Assembly (NCBI GenBank): GCA_963823665.1
Contig: CAWGMQ010000004.1
Coordinates: forward strand, 1,984,001 to 2,048,000
Source of the DNA: an uncultured Planctomycetota bacterium
GTDB taxonomy: Bacteria > Planctomycetota > Planctomycetia > Isosphaerales > Isosphaeraceae
DNA length: 64,000 bases
Direction: 5' to 3'
The notes under the pieces were generated by a model, which had not been told where the DNA came from, searched no databases, and saw nothing but the letters and a program-made list of their open reading frames with translations. Below are positions 31,124 to 41,161 of this stretch, in pieces. The position numbers and the translations under genes are program-made. The stretch's first letter is position 1. Each line of letters opens with the position of its first letter.

Positions 31124-32164
31124 ATGGATCCCATGAAGGTCGGCCTGCTCACCGGCGGCGGTGACTGCCCCGGCTTGAACGCCGTGATCCGCGCCGTCGT
31201 GCAACAGATTTCCAATGGCGGCGGGTCCTGCGTCGGCATCCTGGAAGGCTGGCGCGGGATGGTTCAGAATATGACCATGCCGCTCACGGTCACCCAGACT
31301 GACGGCATCATCGCCCAGGGGGGAAGTATCCTCGGGGCATCGCGGACCAATCCCTACCGTAATCCCGAGACCGAGCTTTCCCTGCTGCGCGAAAACTTTC
31401 TGCGGCTGGAGCTCGACGCTTTGATCGTCATCGGCGGTGACGACACCTTGGGAGTCGCGATTCGCCTCCACAATGACTTCCAGTTGCCGGTCGTGGGCAT
31501 ACCGAAAACGATCGACAACGACCTCATGGTGACCGATTTTTCGTTCGGATTCGACACCGCCGTGAACATCGTCATGGAAGCGGTCGATCGTCTGCGCACC
31601 ACGACGGAAAGTCACCGGCGGATCGTGGTTGTCGAGACGATGGGCCGGCAATCCGGCTGGATCGCCTGCTTTTCGGGCCTTGCTGTCGGGGCAGATTACA
31701 TTCTGGTGCCCGAGGTTCCGATCGACTTGCCACACCTGGTGAGCGTCTTGTCGAAACGCCGAGCTGCGGGCAAGAAGTACGGAATCGTGATCGTTGCCGA
31801 AGGCGCCAGGTTTCCCGACCGGGCTCCCTTCACGCTTGATGATCACCCGGACCCGTTTGGGAACCCCAGACTCGGAGGCATCGGCCACGTGATCGCCGAT
31901 GCGATTCACAGACAAACGGGAATCGAGACGCGTACAGCGGTTCTAGGCCACCTGCAGCGCGGTGGTCCGCCTAGCGCGTATGATCGCATCCTGGCCACCC
32001 GCCTCGGGCTAGCCGCCACCCGTCTCGTCCTTCAATGTCGGTTCGGCACCATTGTCACGCTCATGGGCGGACAGATTGTGGATACGCCGATGAGCGAGAA
32101 TGTCGTGGCGACGAAAACACTCGACCTCGCATACTACGATGAGGCTGCGGCATTTTTCTATTAA
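31124..32164 (+). CDS. pfkA: 6-phosphofructokinase with PPi-type signature residues
   Basis: TGGGDCPGLN, GGDDT, PKTIDND, MGR and LGHLQRGG motifs. Confidence 0.92.
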   Translation: MDPMKVGLLTGGGDCPGLNAVIRAVVQQISNGGGSCVGILEGWRGMVQNMTMPLTVTQTDGIIAQGGSILGASRTNPYRNPETELSLLRENFLRLELDALIVIGGDDTLGVAIRLHNDFQLPVVGIPKTIDNDLMVTDFSFGFDTAVNIVMEAVDRLRTTTESHRRIVVVETMGRQSGWIACFSGLAVGADYILVPEVPIDLPHLVSVLSKRRAAGKKYGIVIVAEGARFPDRAPFTLDDHPDPFGNPRLGGIGHVIADAIHRQTGIETRTAVLGHLQRGGPPSAYDRILATRLGLAATRLVLQCRFGTIVTLMGGQIVDTPMSENVVATKTLDLAYYDEAAAFFY

Positions 32165-32291
32165 ACGATGCGAAACGTCGCCTCGGCACGGCGTTACTGC
32201 GGTGCAGGGCGTGCGTACGCTCGTGGGTCGGTGACCAACGAGGTCGAGCATCCGTAGGTGCGTGTCGCTCGGATGAGACGCGAGGCCAATC

Positions 32292-33758
32292 ATGCCGGTA
32301 TCCTTTACACGCCTGCCCCTGCAACTGAATCCCGATCCGCAGCGGGTGATATCCAGATTGTTCTGTCCGGGCGATATCAAGAGATCCCGCGACATTTTCG
32401 CCCGGGTCGAGGCGTTTCCCGAGGAAGAAGTCGAAAAACTGCTGGCGGGTCTCGAGCGGGATTTTACCCGCCAGCACGCTGACCTGCGCGGTGTCTTCGC
32501 CGAACATTATGAAGAAATCCGCACCATGATCGGTGCTCCACTGGCGGAAAGCCAGGCACGCCGACTGCTCTTGGGCGCCTACTTTACAATGGACTACGCA
32601 CTTGAATCGGTCGCGCTTTTCAACCCGTCGATCGTGCCGGCGATCATTCAAGACGACGTTCCACAAGGTTCGATCCGGTTTCTGATGAGCTTGCGCGCCA
32701 CGGGCGAGGGACATATCTCGTCGATCGTTTTCCGCATCGGCATCATTACAGCAGACGGCGACGTCCAACTTGAACCTGCAGGGTCCTACAGCCTGCCGCT
32801 CAAGGCGACTGTGCCCGATGTGTTCCTCAAGTCGACTCTCGCGCGCGACATGGTTGCAACCGGGATTGCCGAAGAGAAATGCCGCGTGTTTCTGGACCGT
32901 CTCGACAGCCGGTTCACGCGTGACCAGCTCGCCCAGGCGATTGAAGCCGCTCGTCGGGAGCAATCATCCTCAGGCGCGCTTGAAGAATCCGCTGACACGC
33001 TCATCTCCGTCACCCGCGTCAATCATCAGCTTCACCTCCCCCACAGACCGCCGGTCTTCCGAGAAGTTGAGATCGTCATCTTTCCGTTCTCCGATATCGA
33101 ACGGCACGGCATCGAAGATTTAAGACTGGTGCGATTCACCGAAGCAGACGGTAGCCACATCTACTACGGTACGTTCACGGCCTACGACGGCGGTCGTGCT
33201 TTTCCCCAGATGTTCCAGTACGCAGGCGGTGACACGATCGACATCAACCTGATCACCGGTGAATGCGCCAGGAACAAGGGAATGGCTCTCTTCCCGAGAA
33301 GGATCCACGGCCGGTTCGCCATGATCTCGCGGATCGACAATGAGAACCTTTATTACATGGAATCGGACGACGTGCTGTACTGGAATGAAGCGCAGATCAT
33401 CCAGAGGCCCCATTACCCTTGGCAGGTGATCCAGCTCGGGAACTGCGGCTCACCCATTGAGACCGAAAAAGGGTGGTTGCTCCTGACTCACGGCGTAGGG
33501 CCGATGCGGCAGTACTGCATCGGGGCTTCTCTGTTCGATCTTGATGAACCGTGGCGGCTGATCGGGCAGACTCACGACCCCTTGCTCGTTCCCACCGATC
33601 ACGAACGATCGGGTTACGTGCCCAATGTGGTCTATTCATGCGGAGCGATGGTGCACAACGGGAACCTGATCGTTCCTTACGCGATGAGCGACCTGTCGAC
33701 GAGCGTGGCCAAGATCGACTTGAGCGAGCTGCTGGACGAGCTGGTGCCGGGATCCTGA
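32292..33758 (+). CDS. Glycoside hydrolase family 130 protein (long form)
   Basis: ALFNPS, GEGHISS, GIEDLR, NKGMALFP, GNCGSP and GYVPNVVYSCG motifs. Confidence 0.88.
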   Translation: MPVSFTRLPLQLNPDPQRVISRLFCPGDIKRSRDIFARVEAFPEEEVEKLLAGLERDFTRQHADLRGVFAEHYEEIRTMIGAPLAESQARRLLLGAYFTMDYALESVALFNPSIVPAIIQDDVPQGSIRFLMSLRATGEGHISSIVFRIGIITADGDVQLEPAGSYSLPLKATVPDVFLKSTLARDMVATGIAEEKCRVFLDRLDSRFTRDQLAQAIEAARREQSSSGALEESADTLISVTRVNHQLHLPHRPPVFREVEIVIFPFSDIERHGIEDLRLVRFTEADGSHIYYGTFTAYDGGRAFPQMFQYAGGDTIDINLITGECARNKGMALFPRRIHGRFAMISRIDNENLYYMESDDVLYWNEAQIIQRPHYPWQVIQLGNCGSPIETEKGWLLLTHGVGPMRQYCIGASLFDLDEPWRLIGQTHDPLLVPTDHERSGYVPNVVYSCGAMVHNGNLIVPYAMSDLSTSVAKIDLSELLDELVPGS

Positions 33759-33778
33759 GACACAATTCGGAGTGCTGC

Positions 33779-34750
33779 TCAGCAAGCGCATTCGAGCACG
33801 GCTCCCCGATTGGCTGCCCTCGTACAGAAGATCGACGATCGCGAGAGACCGAATCTCGCTCGTAGTCGATCCGCGAGGCGGTCAATCTCGGATTCCGGCA
33901 ATTCGCTGAACGCGTAAATCGTTGGACCCCATGAGCTCTGGCCCGTCCCCACAAAGCCCAGGGTTTTCAGCTCGTTCACGATGAGCGCGGCCTGAGGTGT
34001 GGCGTAGATTCCGCCTTGCGCAGGCGCAAAGGCTGCGCCGACGCGCTCTTGCAACTCACCCAGGCCGGCGCCGAAGGCTTCCAGGTCATGCTCGAGCACC
34101 GCAGGGAGGATCTCGATCAGCACGAGTCGGCAAAGCGCATCGACTGCATCTCGGGAGATAGGTGGCAGCTTGGCAAACGCGTATCTCTCGTCAGATCCAT
34201 GAAGGCCATTCACTCCGGGGGGCTGTACAATAAGGATCGGCCACTCTTCGGGAAAACTCGCACGAGCCAGTAGTGGAGGGATCTCGCCCTCACGCTTTCG
34301 GCCCCCGTCAACGATCAAGCCGCCGTGCTGAAATCCATGCAGACCGATGCCCGAACGAGCGCCCCTCCCGGTGAGATTGGCGAGTCCCGCCGGCCCTGGA
34401 TCAGGAAATCCGGCGAGCTCGAGCAGGCCGCGCGCAACCGCCAGCGAGAGCTGTGTGCCTAATCCGAGTCCGACGTGCTCTGCCGGGGCATGCCTGAGGC
34501 AAACTCGAGCCGGGGGCAGTACTCCTCCACATGCGAGCACGCGTTCACGAAGCCGGGCGATGATTGCCTCGAGCCGACCGGTCAGCGGTCCAAGGGCGCC
34601 CCATGATGGGGCACGCTCGACGGAAACCTCGACGCCCGGCGAGTCAATCATCAGCCCGATGCCGCCGAACTGCCGCAGGACCTCTGGCCCCCACCCGAAC
34701 AGACCGAAGTGCAGGCGGCTCGGCGTACGGATCTGAATAAACTCGCTCAT
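33779..34750 (-). CDS. mptG: Beta-ribofuranosylaminobenzene 5'-phosphate (RFAP) synthase
   Basis: PSRLHFG, H.GLG.GTQL.L, RG.RSGIG, GGLIVDGG and GQSSWGPT (GHMP-kinase-like fold). Confidence 0.9.
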   Translation of the reverse strand: MSEFIQIRTPSRLHFGLFGWGPEVLRQFGGIGLMIDSPGVEVSVERAPSWGALGPLTGRLEAIIARLRERVLACGGVLPPARVCLRHAPAEHVGLGLGTQLSLAVARGLLELAGFPDPGPAGLANLTGRGARSGIGLHGFQHGGLIVDGGRKREGEIPPLLARASFPEEWPILIVQPPGVNGLHGSDERYAFAKLPPISRDAVDALCRLVLIEILPAVLEHDLEAFGAGLGELQERVGAAFAPAQGGIYATPQAALIVNELKTLGFVGTGQSSWGPTIYAFSELPESEIDRLADRLRARFGLSRSSIFCTRAANRGAVLECAC

Positions 34751-35361
34751 GGAGTCGGGGTCCGGCCAGGGTCCGGTAGAGCGCCCTGGCGCACGGCTGC
34801 ATCGCGAACGTGGCGGTGCAAGAGCGTGAAAGCCGCGCGCTCCCTCGGACCTCCGGTCTTGTCGACAAGAACAGCCAACTTCTGGAACTCCGCGAGCATT
34901 CCGTCGAGCGCGAGGAACTCGGTGCGAGTGGCCAGGATTGCCGCCTCGAGCACCGCGTGCCGAGCCCGATTAAAGCCGAAGAAGTCGCGCAGCCTGCCCT
35001 GAGCGGCGGTCTCAGCAACGATCATCGTGCGATCGTCTCGATCGTCCAGCTCGGCCACCCGAAACTCGTAATAACGGCACGCGTCCAGGAGAATTCGCCC
35101 GGCAATCACGTCTGCCGGCCGCGTGGCGGGTGGGGGTATAGCAGTAACTCCGATGGCTGTCTGAGCCAGGAGGAGCACATCGTCGGTGACGTGAAACACG
35201 CCCTCGCCGCGTGCTTTCAGATTTTGATAGGTTGTTGATGATCGGTAAGGACGAAGCTCAAATCTCGCCAGGTTCGTATCAGGGTCGACGCGCGGGCCCA
35301 TGGGCGCGATGTTCAGCGTGGCGTCATGGTTGAGCGTGGTCACGATCCCCTCGAGTATCAC
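34747..35361 (-). CDS. DUF447 family protein (methanopterin-biosynthesis associated)
   Basis: MILEGIVTT...NIAPMG...S.TYQNL...GFNRARHAVLEAAILATR. Confidence 0.85.
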   Translation of the reverse strand: MILEGIVTTLNHDATLNIAPMGPRVDPDTNLARFELRPYRSSTTYQNLKARGEGVFHVTDDVLLLAQTAIGVTAIPPPATRPADVIAGRILLDACRYYEFRVAELDDRDDRTMIVAETAAQGRLRDFFGFNRARHAVLEAAILATRTEFLALDGMLAEFQKLAVLVDKTGGPRERAAFTLLHRHVRDAAVRQGALPDPGRTPTP

Positions 35362-36818
35362 GCCGGACCCTCGCCTTTTTCTTCGAGATCCTCGACCGCA
35401 GTGATCTTCTCGACCTGATTCTCCGTGCGCTCGGCACGCTCACGTTTGCGATCGAGTTGACTCGACTCCGGCTCTGTCAAAAAGCCCCAATCCATAGCTC
35501 GATCCTGGCGATAATTCTTGCTCAGCGTCAAGGCGGTTTTCGCCTTCATCATCTCATATCCCAGGTAGAAAGCGTGGGCCGGCTCCGTCACGCCCATCTG
35601 TTCGAAGAGCGCGAAAGGGTCGGTATCACTTCGCAATTGCTCCTTGTTCATCACCACGATCCTTCCCGCCTCGGCAAAGATGCGCCAGTTGGGATCACGG
35701 ATCCGCCGCTGAATCTCGGCCAAACTGTCGGCACCGAATTGCACGACCCGTGGATCGCGCAGCATGAGGAGGCGGGATTCCACATTCTTGGGTAGCGCGC
35801 GGTTCAGCACCGCGTAACGCGCGAGCCGCCGGGCAACGTCGATCTCACGCACTGACGACCGCGCCCAGTTGATCACCGCCGTCGTCAGGACAGCTCGAAT
35901 GGAGAGCTCCTGGCAAAACCCGATCAAGATCGTGTTGACGCCCGCGGAGTCGACGTCGGTGAGCTCGGTCAGATTCCCCGTTCCCATGATGATCCCTGAG
36001 TCAGGATAGCAACGGCGCACTTCGAGATAGCGGCCCAGCGACGCAGCGAAGCCAAAACCAATCGGTTCGAGAATCGGATCAACCCTGAATCTCACGCCTT
36101 GGCCGCTCAGGTACTCGATCGTGGCGTCAAGCCCCTCGAGTGAGCCAGGCTCGTCGGGAATCGCCACCACTTCGACACCCCAGTCAACGGCCTGCGCCCG
36201 ATTGGTTGCGTTCACGCTCAGGACAAGCTCGGCGCCCGCCGCGGATGCCGCCCGTGCCTCAATCGGGTTGAATGTGTCGATCGAGACGCGCATTCCCTGA
36301 TCTCGAAGCATCTTCACCGCACGATCCAACCCGGCCCAGGTTGTGCCCGGATCACAACCCAGATCGATCACGTCAGCCCCTTCATCATGAAGTTTTCTGG
36401 CCTGTCGAAGCAGTTCGTCGACTTCGAGCCGCGGGGCATGATTGATCTCGGCAAGGATCTCGATATCGTACGCACCATAGCCGCCCGCCTTGCCGCGCAC
36501 TTGCCCGAAATGACGAGGCAAGTCACGCAGGTCTTCCGGACCTGACTCAACGGGTACTCCCCGCGACCGCTCGAATATCGGTGCAAAATCACCCTGGCAC
36601 ATTCCCGGCAGAATTACCTTTTCGACACCCTCCGGCACATCAAGGTGACGGGCAACCCACTGCGGTGTCATGAGCGCCGCGACCGAGATCGGCAAAACAG
36701 CCACGTCGGCTCGAAAGCCAGCTCGAGGTGCCAGGTCAAGAAGCACCTGTCGAAGCGCAAATTCGGCCAATCGCCCGGTGACAAAAAGATAGCGAGGCGT
36801 GTCTTTCGCCTCCGTCAT
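35358..36818 (-). CDS. Dihydropteroate-synthase-like protein of methanopterin biosynthesis (Orf20/DUF6513 type)
   Basis: LFVTGRLAE, VAALMT, GP.DLRDLP, GADVIDLGC, GNLTELTDVDS, HAFYLGYE and YRQD motifs. Confidence 0.88.
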   Translation of the reverse strand: MTEAKDTPRYLFVTGRLAEFALRQVLLDLAPRAGFRADVAVLPISVAALMTPQWVARHLDVPEGVEKVILPGMCQGDFAPIFERSRGVPVESGPEDLRDLPRHFGQVRGKAGGYGAYDIEILAEINHAPRLEVDELLRQARKLHDEGADVIDLGCDPGTTWAGLDRAVKMLRDQGMRVSIDTFNPIEARAASAAGAELVLSVNATNRAQAVDWGVEVVAIPDEPGSLEGLDATIEYLSGQGVRFRVDPILEPIGFGFAASLGRYLEVRRCYPDSGIIMGTGNLTELTDVDSAGVNTILIGFCQELSIRAVLTTAVINWARSSVREIDVARRLARYAVLNRALPKNVESRLLMLRDPRVVQFGADSLAEIQRRIRDPNWRIFAEAGRIVVMNKEQLRSDTDPFALFEQMGVTEPAHAFYLGYEMMKAKTALTLSKNYRQDRAMDWGFLTEPESSQLDRKRERAERTENQVEKITAVEDLEEKGEGPA

Positions 36819-37588
36819 CGTATGGCACCACCATTAACGCGAATGGATTGCCCGGTGAGGAACGCAGCCGAATCGCTGACAAGAAAGCACGCGACGGCGG
36901 CAACATCTTCCGGCGTGCCCCACCGCGATAGCGGAGTTTCTGCAATCACGCGGTCCTGCCAGGCTCTTGATGCGTGCTCGCCCCAGGCTGTCTTGATCCA
37001 TCCGGGGGCAAGCGCATTTACTCGTACCTTGGGCGCCAGGCTGAGCGCCAGACTGCGCGTGAACGACAGGATTGCACCCTTGGTTGCCGCGAACAACTCG
37101 CCCGAGTCACCCCCCATGCCCGTCTCCGCCTGATCCCATCCCATGGTGATGATTGAGCCGGACCCTTGCGAAACCATGCGACCACCGACGTCTCGACAGA
37201 GCCTGATCGTGGATGCAACGTCCACATACCACAGCCGGTCGAGCTTGGCATCAAAAGAGAGTTTTGCACCTTCTCCAGTCAGCGTATCGGCGCCAGCCAG
37301 ATGAAGCCAGGCGTCAAGGCCACCCCACGACGACCACGCGTCTTGCACCAGTGTTTCGCCTGCGGCGCGATCAGCCAGATCAGCCAGAAGCAATTTTGAC
37401 CTGCGTCCCATCTCGCGGACCAAACCGGCGACGTCCTCACCAGCCTCTCGAGAACTGCGCCCGTGAACGATCACGTCGGCACCTGAGGCTGCGAGCGCTA
37501 GTGCCACGGCCCGGCCAATGCCTGAAGTTGATCCCAGTACAATAGCCCGTTTCCCCCGTAAATCGATCATTGGAGGGCCAGACGTCAT
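36815..37588 (-). CDS. SDR family oxidoreductase with atypical catalytic motif (FxxxK)
   Basis: GSTSGIG, VRVNALAPGWI, WGTPEDVA and TGQ...VNGG. ELFAATK replaces YxxxK. Confidence 0.88.
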   Translation of the reverse strand: MTSGPPMIDLRGKRAIVLGSTSGIGRAVALALAASGADVIVHGRSSREAGEDVAGLVREMGRRSKLLLADLADRAAGETLVQDAWSSWGGLDAWLHLAGADTLTGEGAKLSFDAKLDRLWYVDVASTIRLCRDVGGRMVSQGSGSIITMGWDQAETGMGGDSGELFAATKGAILSFTRSLALSLAPKVRVNALAPGWIKTAWGEHASRAWQDRVIAETPLSRWGTPEDVAAVACFLVSDSAAFLTGQSIRVNGGAIR

Positions 37589-37702
37589 TATTGCAAAACC
37601 TGCCCTGGTGGCTGGCCCTCGATCGCGATCGTCGCTTAGATTCGTCGTGTACTCTTCTGCGTCTCCTTGACGACATTCTACGAGTCCTGGTCGAGTCCGC
37701 AC

Positions 37703-38881
37703 ATGGGCAAGGTTCTTGCACGACTCAAGCAGACCGTGATGGCGCTCCGGACCGCCTGGTCCATTGCTGGCATCACACTCATTTTGTTGCTCTTCTTGGA
37801 AACCGGGCTTCGCATCGGTTTTGCGTTACGCGATCGACTGGTCGCGCCGGAGTCTCCCGATCGCCGAATTCTGGAAGAAGGCTACGAAGGAGCGACCTGG
37901 CCCAGGAAGCACTATCACGAAATCGAATCGCTCGAGGAACGCTGGCAACCGTATGTCTATTTCCGGCCCAAGCCATTTCGAGGCGAGACGATCGCCATCG
38001 AACCGGACGGTTTACGGGCCACCTGGCAGCCTGATCACTCATCGCGCCAAAATGCCGGCAAGAAAGCGGTCAAGTTACTCTTGCTGGGTGGCTCGTCGCT
38101 ATGGGGCTTCGGTGCTCGGGACGACCACACGATTCCGTCGCTGCTGGCGCGCAAACTTCATGAACGCGGACTGAATGTCGAGATCAAGAATCTCGCGGAA
38201 TTGGGATACGTCTCGACTCAGGAACTGATCGGGCTTATCGGTGAGCTTCAACAAGGATACCGCCCAGACTTCGTGATCTTTTATGACGGCGTCAACGACA
38301 CCACGTCAGCCCTGCTCGCCGGCGAAGCGGGCTTGACGACGAATGAATCGAACAGACAGCGCGAATTCAACCTCCTGCAATCGCCGCGCAGGCTCGCCGC
38401 CACGCTTGCTGTAAAGCTCCTGGTGGACTCAAGCTCTTACCGGCTCGCTCGATCCCTCAGGAGCCGGCTCAGCCGAACTGCAGCGATTCCGGGCGCACGT
38501 ATTCCCGATGATTCGATGCGCAGTCTGGCTCGCTCGGTGGTTGAGCGATACGCCGCAAACGTCCAGATCGTCGAAACGCTCGCCCATGGTTATGGTTTCC
38601 GCCCGTTGTTCTTCTGGCAGCCCACGATCTTTGACAAGGTCGAGCTCACCGCAGTCGAGCGCGACGAAGCGCTAAAATACGCATGGACCGAGCCTGCCTT
38701 TCAGATGGTCTACCAGAGGATCCGCGAGTCGCGCGTATTACAGGCCGATCCGGTTTTTCATGACTTGAGCCGGATCTTCGCAGACGAGAAGAAACTCACT
38801 TTCATCGACTACTGTCACACCACCGAAATAGCAAATGGCAACATCGCCGAAAAAATGGCTGCTGCAGTGCTCTCGCCTTGA
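37703..38881 (+). CDS. SGNH/GDSL hydrolase family membrane-anchored protein
   Basis: GGSS.WG, YDGVND, WQP and FIDYCH motifs. Confidence 0.82.
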   Translation: MGKVLARLKQTVMALRTAWSIAGITLILLLFLETGLRIGFALRDRLVAPESPDRRILEEGYEGATWPRKHYHEIESLEERWQPYVYFRPKPFRGETIAIEPDGLRATWQPDHSSRQNAGKKAVKLLLLGGSSLWGFGARDDHTIPSLLARKLHERGLNVEIKNLAELGYVSTQELIGLIGELQQGYRPDFVIFYDGVNDTTSALLAGEAGLTTNESNRQREFNLLQSPRRLAATLAVKLLVDSSSYRLARSLRSRLSRTAAIPGARIPDDSMRSLARSVVERYAANVQIVETLAHGYGFRPLFFWQPTIFDKVELTAVERDEALKYAWTEPAFQMVYQRIRESRVLQADPVFHDLSRIFADEKKLTFIDYCHTTEIANGNIAEKMAAAVLSP

Positions 38882-38968
38882 ACGAAGGGACGTGAAGAGG
38901 AACGAATCAGACAGGCCAACGGCTCGAGCCCTATCGAGCGCTCCACGTTTGCAAACGCGCACGTAAGC

Positions 38969-39007
38969 AGGGACCGCCAGGTTGCCGGAATGGCCCGGGC
39001 GGTCCCT
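38969..39007. terminator. Hairpin between convergent genes (possible bidirectional terminator)
   Basis: agggaccgcc...ggcggtccct inverted repeat, with no clear U-tract. Confidence 0.4.
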
Positions 39008-39043
39008 TCTCCCAGGAGCACGCACCCTTTTGCAGTCCGGACT

Positions 39044-39743
39044 TCACGGTAGGGTGGCCGCCACGACATGCACCGCCCCGTCGCGCACCGTTCGTACCGT
39101 CATCTGGAGCGCCCCACCCGCCGGGACATTGGAAATGATCCAGGTGAGATTGCCGTGCTGCTGGGTGAAATAGCCATTGGCGGAGTAAATCACGTCGCCA
39201 GGCTGCAGGCCGGCTTGCTGGGCGGGTGTGCCTGCATAAACCTGGACGACTTGCATGCCACTGCCATTGGCATCAGCAAACTGCTGCTCGTCGATGCCGA
39301 GATAACGCCCCTGCGCTGGTCACTGCATAGTTAATCGCAGGTTGCTGCACGTAACCTTGCGAATAGCCGTAATTCGGATAGGCATAGCCGTTGTTGTAGT
39401 AATCGTACGGGTAGTAATTGCCATACCCGTAGCCGTAGCCGCCGTAGCCATATCCCGAGCCGTAGTAACCGCCGTAAAAGCCGCCGTAGAAGGGATAATA
39501 GTAGCCACCGCGGTTATACCCGCCGCCACCGTAAGAGCCACCACCGTGGTACCCACCGCCGCCGTGATATCCACCACCCCCGCTGTGACCTCCGCCTCCG
39601 TGGCCTCCGCCACCTCCGTGGCCACCGCCGCCCCCGCCACCGCCATGCGCATAGGCGGATGAGCCAGTGACAATCCAGGCGGCGAGTGCCAAGCCGAGGA
39701 GTGCCATGGGTAACCTCGCGCCGCGCCGCATTGGGCAGTCCAT
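39044..39743 (-). CDS. Secreted Gly/Tyr-rich protein with C-terminal PDZ domain (apparent frameshift near 39320)
   Basis: Signal peptide ending AYA, GH/GY low-complexity region, then RYLGI...VYAGTPAQQAGLQPGDVI. Confidence 0.75.
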
Positions 39744-40093
39744 CGTAGTGCTCCTCTTTACCTCTCGTGGTGATTCGAATCGGGAAGGAAGACCGCCAAC
39801 CCGGAGGCCTTTTCGAGTTTCACGACCCCTCGATATCCTGGTTTACGATCGCGCCGACACGGTGGTGCAATGTGTTTCCAAAATGCGCCGAGATTTTTCC
39901 GGCCCAGCCTCACTCGCCTCACACCAGTGCTCGGCGCGCCGCCTTGAATAGCCTGCGGCAAAACTGCCGGCTGCAATCGACCCGTCGTCGTTCTACCACT
40001 ACACGTGCCTTACGTGCTACGATTCTCGCGAGCTCGCCGCTCTCGAGACTTGCGGCACAAACGATCGCATTCCTTTCCCCCCTTCTTGATTTG

Positions 40094-41158
40094 ATGATGA
40101 ACACCAATCGACCGTATGAAACTGAGTTGACGGTTGCGATCCGGGCGGTGCGCATGGCGTCGCGCCTTTGCCAGGCCGTTCGGGCTGAGATTTCACCCGA
40201 AGTCCTGGACAAGAAGGACAAGAGTCCCGTCACGGTAGCCGACTTCGGCAGCCAGGCCCTGATCTGCCGGGCCCTCCTGGAAGAGTTTCCGGACGATCCC
40301 GTCATCGCCGAGGAAGACTCCGCGGAATTGCGGTCGTCGGAAAATCGTTCTATTCTGGACCGTGTGCTTCACAGCGTGTGCGCGGCAACTGAAGCCGCGA
40401 GCGACAGTCGAGACGAAATCCGTCCAGAACACATCTTCAAGTGGATCGACCACGGCGGGACGGCGCAGTACAGCGATCGGTTCTGGACCCTGGATCCCAT
40501 CGACGGCACAAAGGGCTTTCTCCGAGGCGGCCAATACGCTGTCGCGCTGGCCTTGATCGTCCGTGGCGAAGTTGTCGTCGCGGCGCTAGCATGCCCTCAG
40601 TTCGAATTCCTGACCGGTCAGGGACCTCAAGAAGACCAGCCCGCCAGCGCGAAGTCGCTCGGTGCGCTTTTCACAGCCGTGAAAACCCAGGGCGCTTTCG
40701 CACACCCCATGGAGTCGCCCGGTGGTATCGAGCCTCTGGCTTCGCGGCTACAGGTGAACGACACGGATGATCCGGCTGAGTTGCGGTTCTGCGAGTCGAT
40801 CGAATCCGGCCACAGCGCACACGGAGATGCCGCCCGGTTAGCCGAGCGATTGGGAATCACCCGGATACCGCTCCGCATGGACAGCCAGGCAAAGTACGCC
40901 GCCATTGCATGTGCTCAAGCCGAGATCTACCTCAGGCTTCCCACCAGCGCAGATTATCGCGAGAAGATCTGGGATCACGCCGCCGGAGCGCTGATCGTCG
41001 CGGAGGCCGGCGGCACCGTCACCGATATTCACGGCCGTTCGCTCGAATTTCATCATGGTCGCGAGCTCACTGCCAACCGAGGTGTAATCGTTAGCAACAG
41101 CAAGCTTCATACCAGCGTGATCCAGGCGATCGAGCAGTTCGGAATCGGCTCGGCCTGA
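40094..41158 (+). CDS. 3'(2'),5'-bisphosphate nucleotidase, HAL2/Met22 type
   Basis: SPVTVADF, AEED, DPIDGTKGFLRG.QYA, DSQAKY and YREKIWDHAAG motifs. Confidence 0.92.
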   Translation: MMNTNRPYETELTVAIRAVRMASRLCQAVRAEISPEVLDKKDKSPVTVADFGSQALICRALLEEFPDDPVIAEEDSAELRSSENRSILDRVLHSVCAATEAASDSRDEIRPEHIFKWIDHGGTAQYSDRFWTLDPIDGTKGFLRGGQYAVALALIVRGEVVVAALACPQFEFLTGQGPQEDQPASAKSLGALFTAVKTQGAFAHPMESPGGIEPLASRLQVNDTDDPAELRFCESIESGHSAHGDAARLAERLGITRIPLRMDSQAKYAAIACAQAEIYLRLPTSADYREKIWDHAAGALIVAEAGGTVTDIHGRSLEFHHGRELTANRGVIVSNSKLHTSVIQAIEQFGIGSA

Positions 41159-41161
41159 TGC

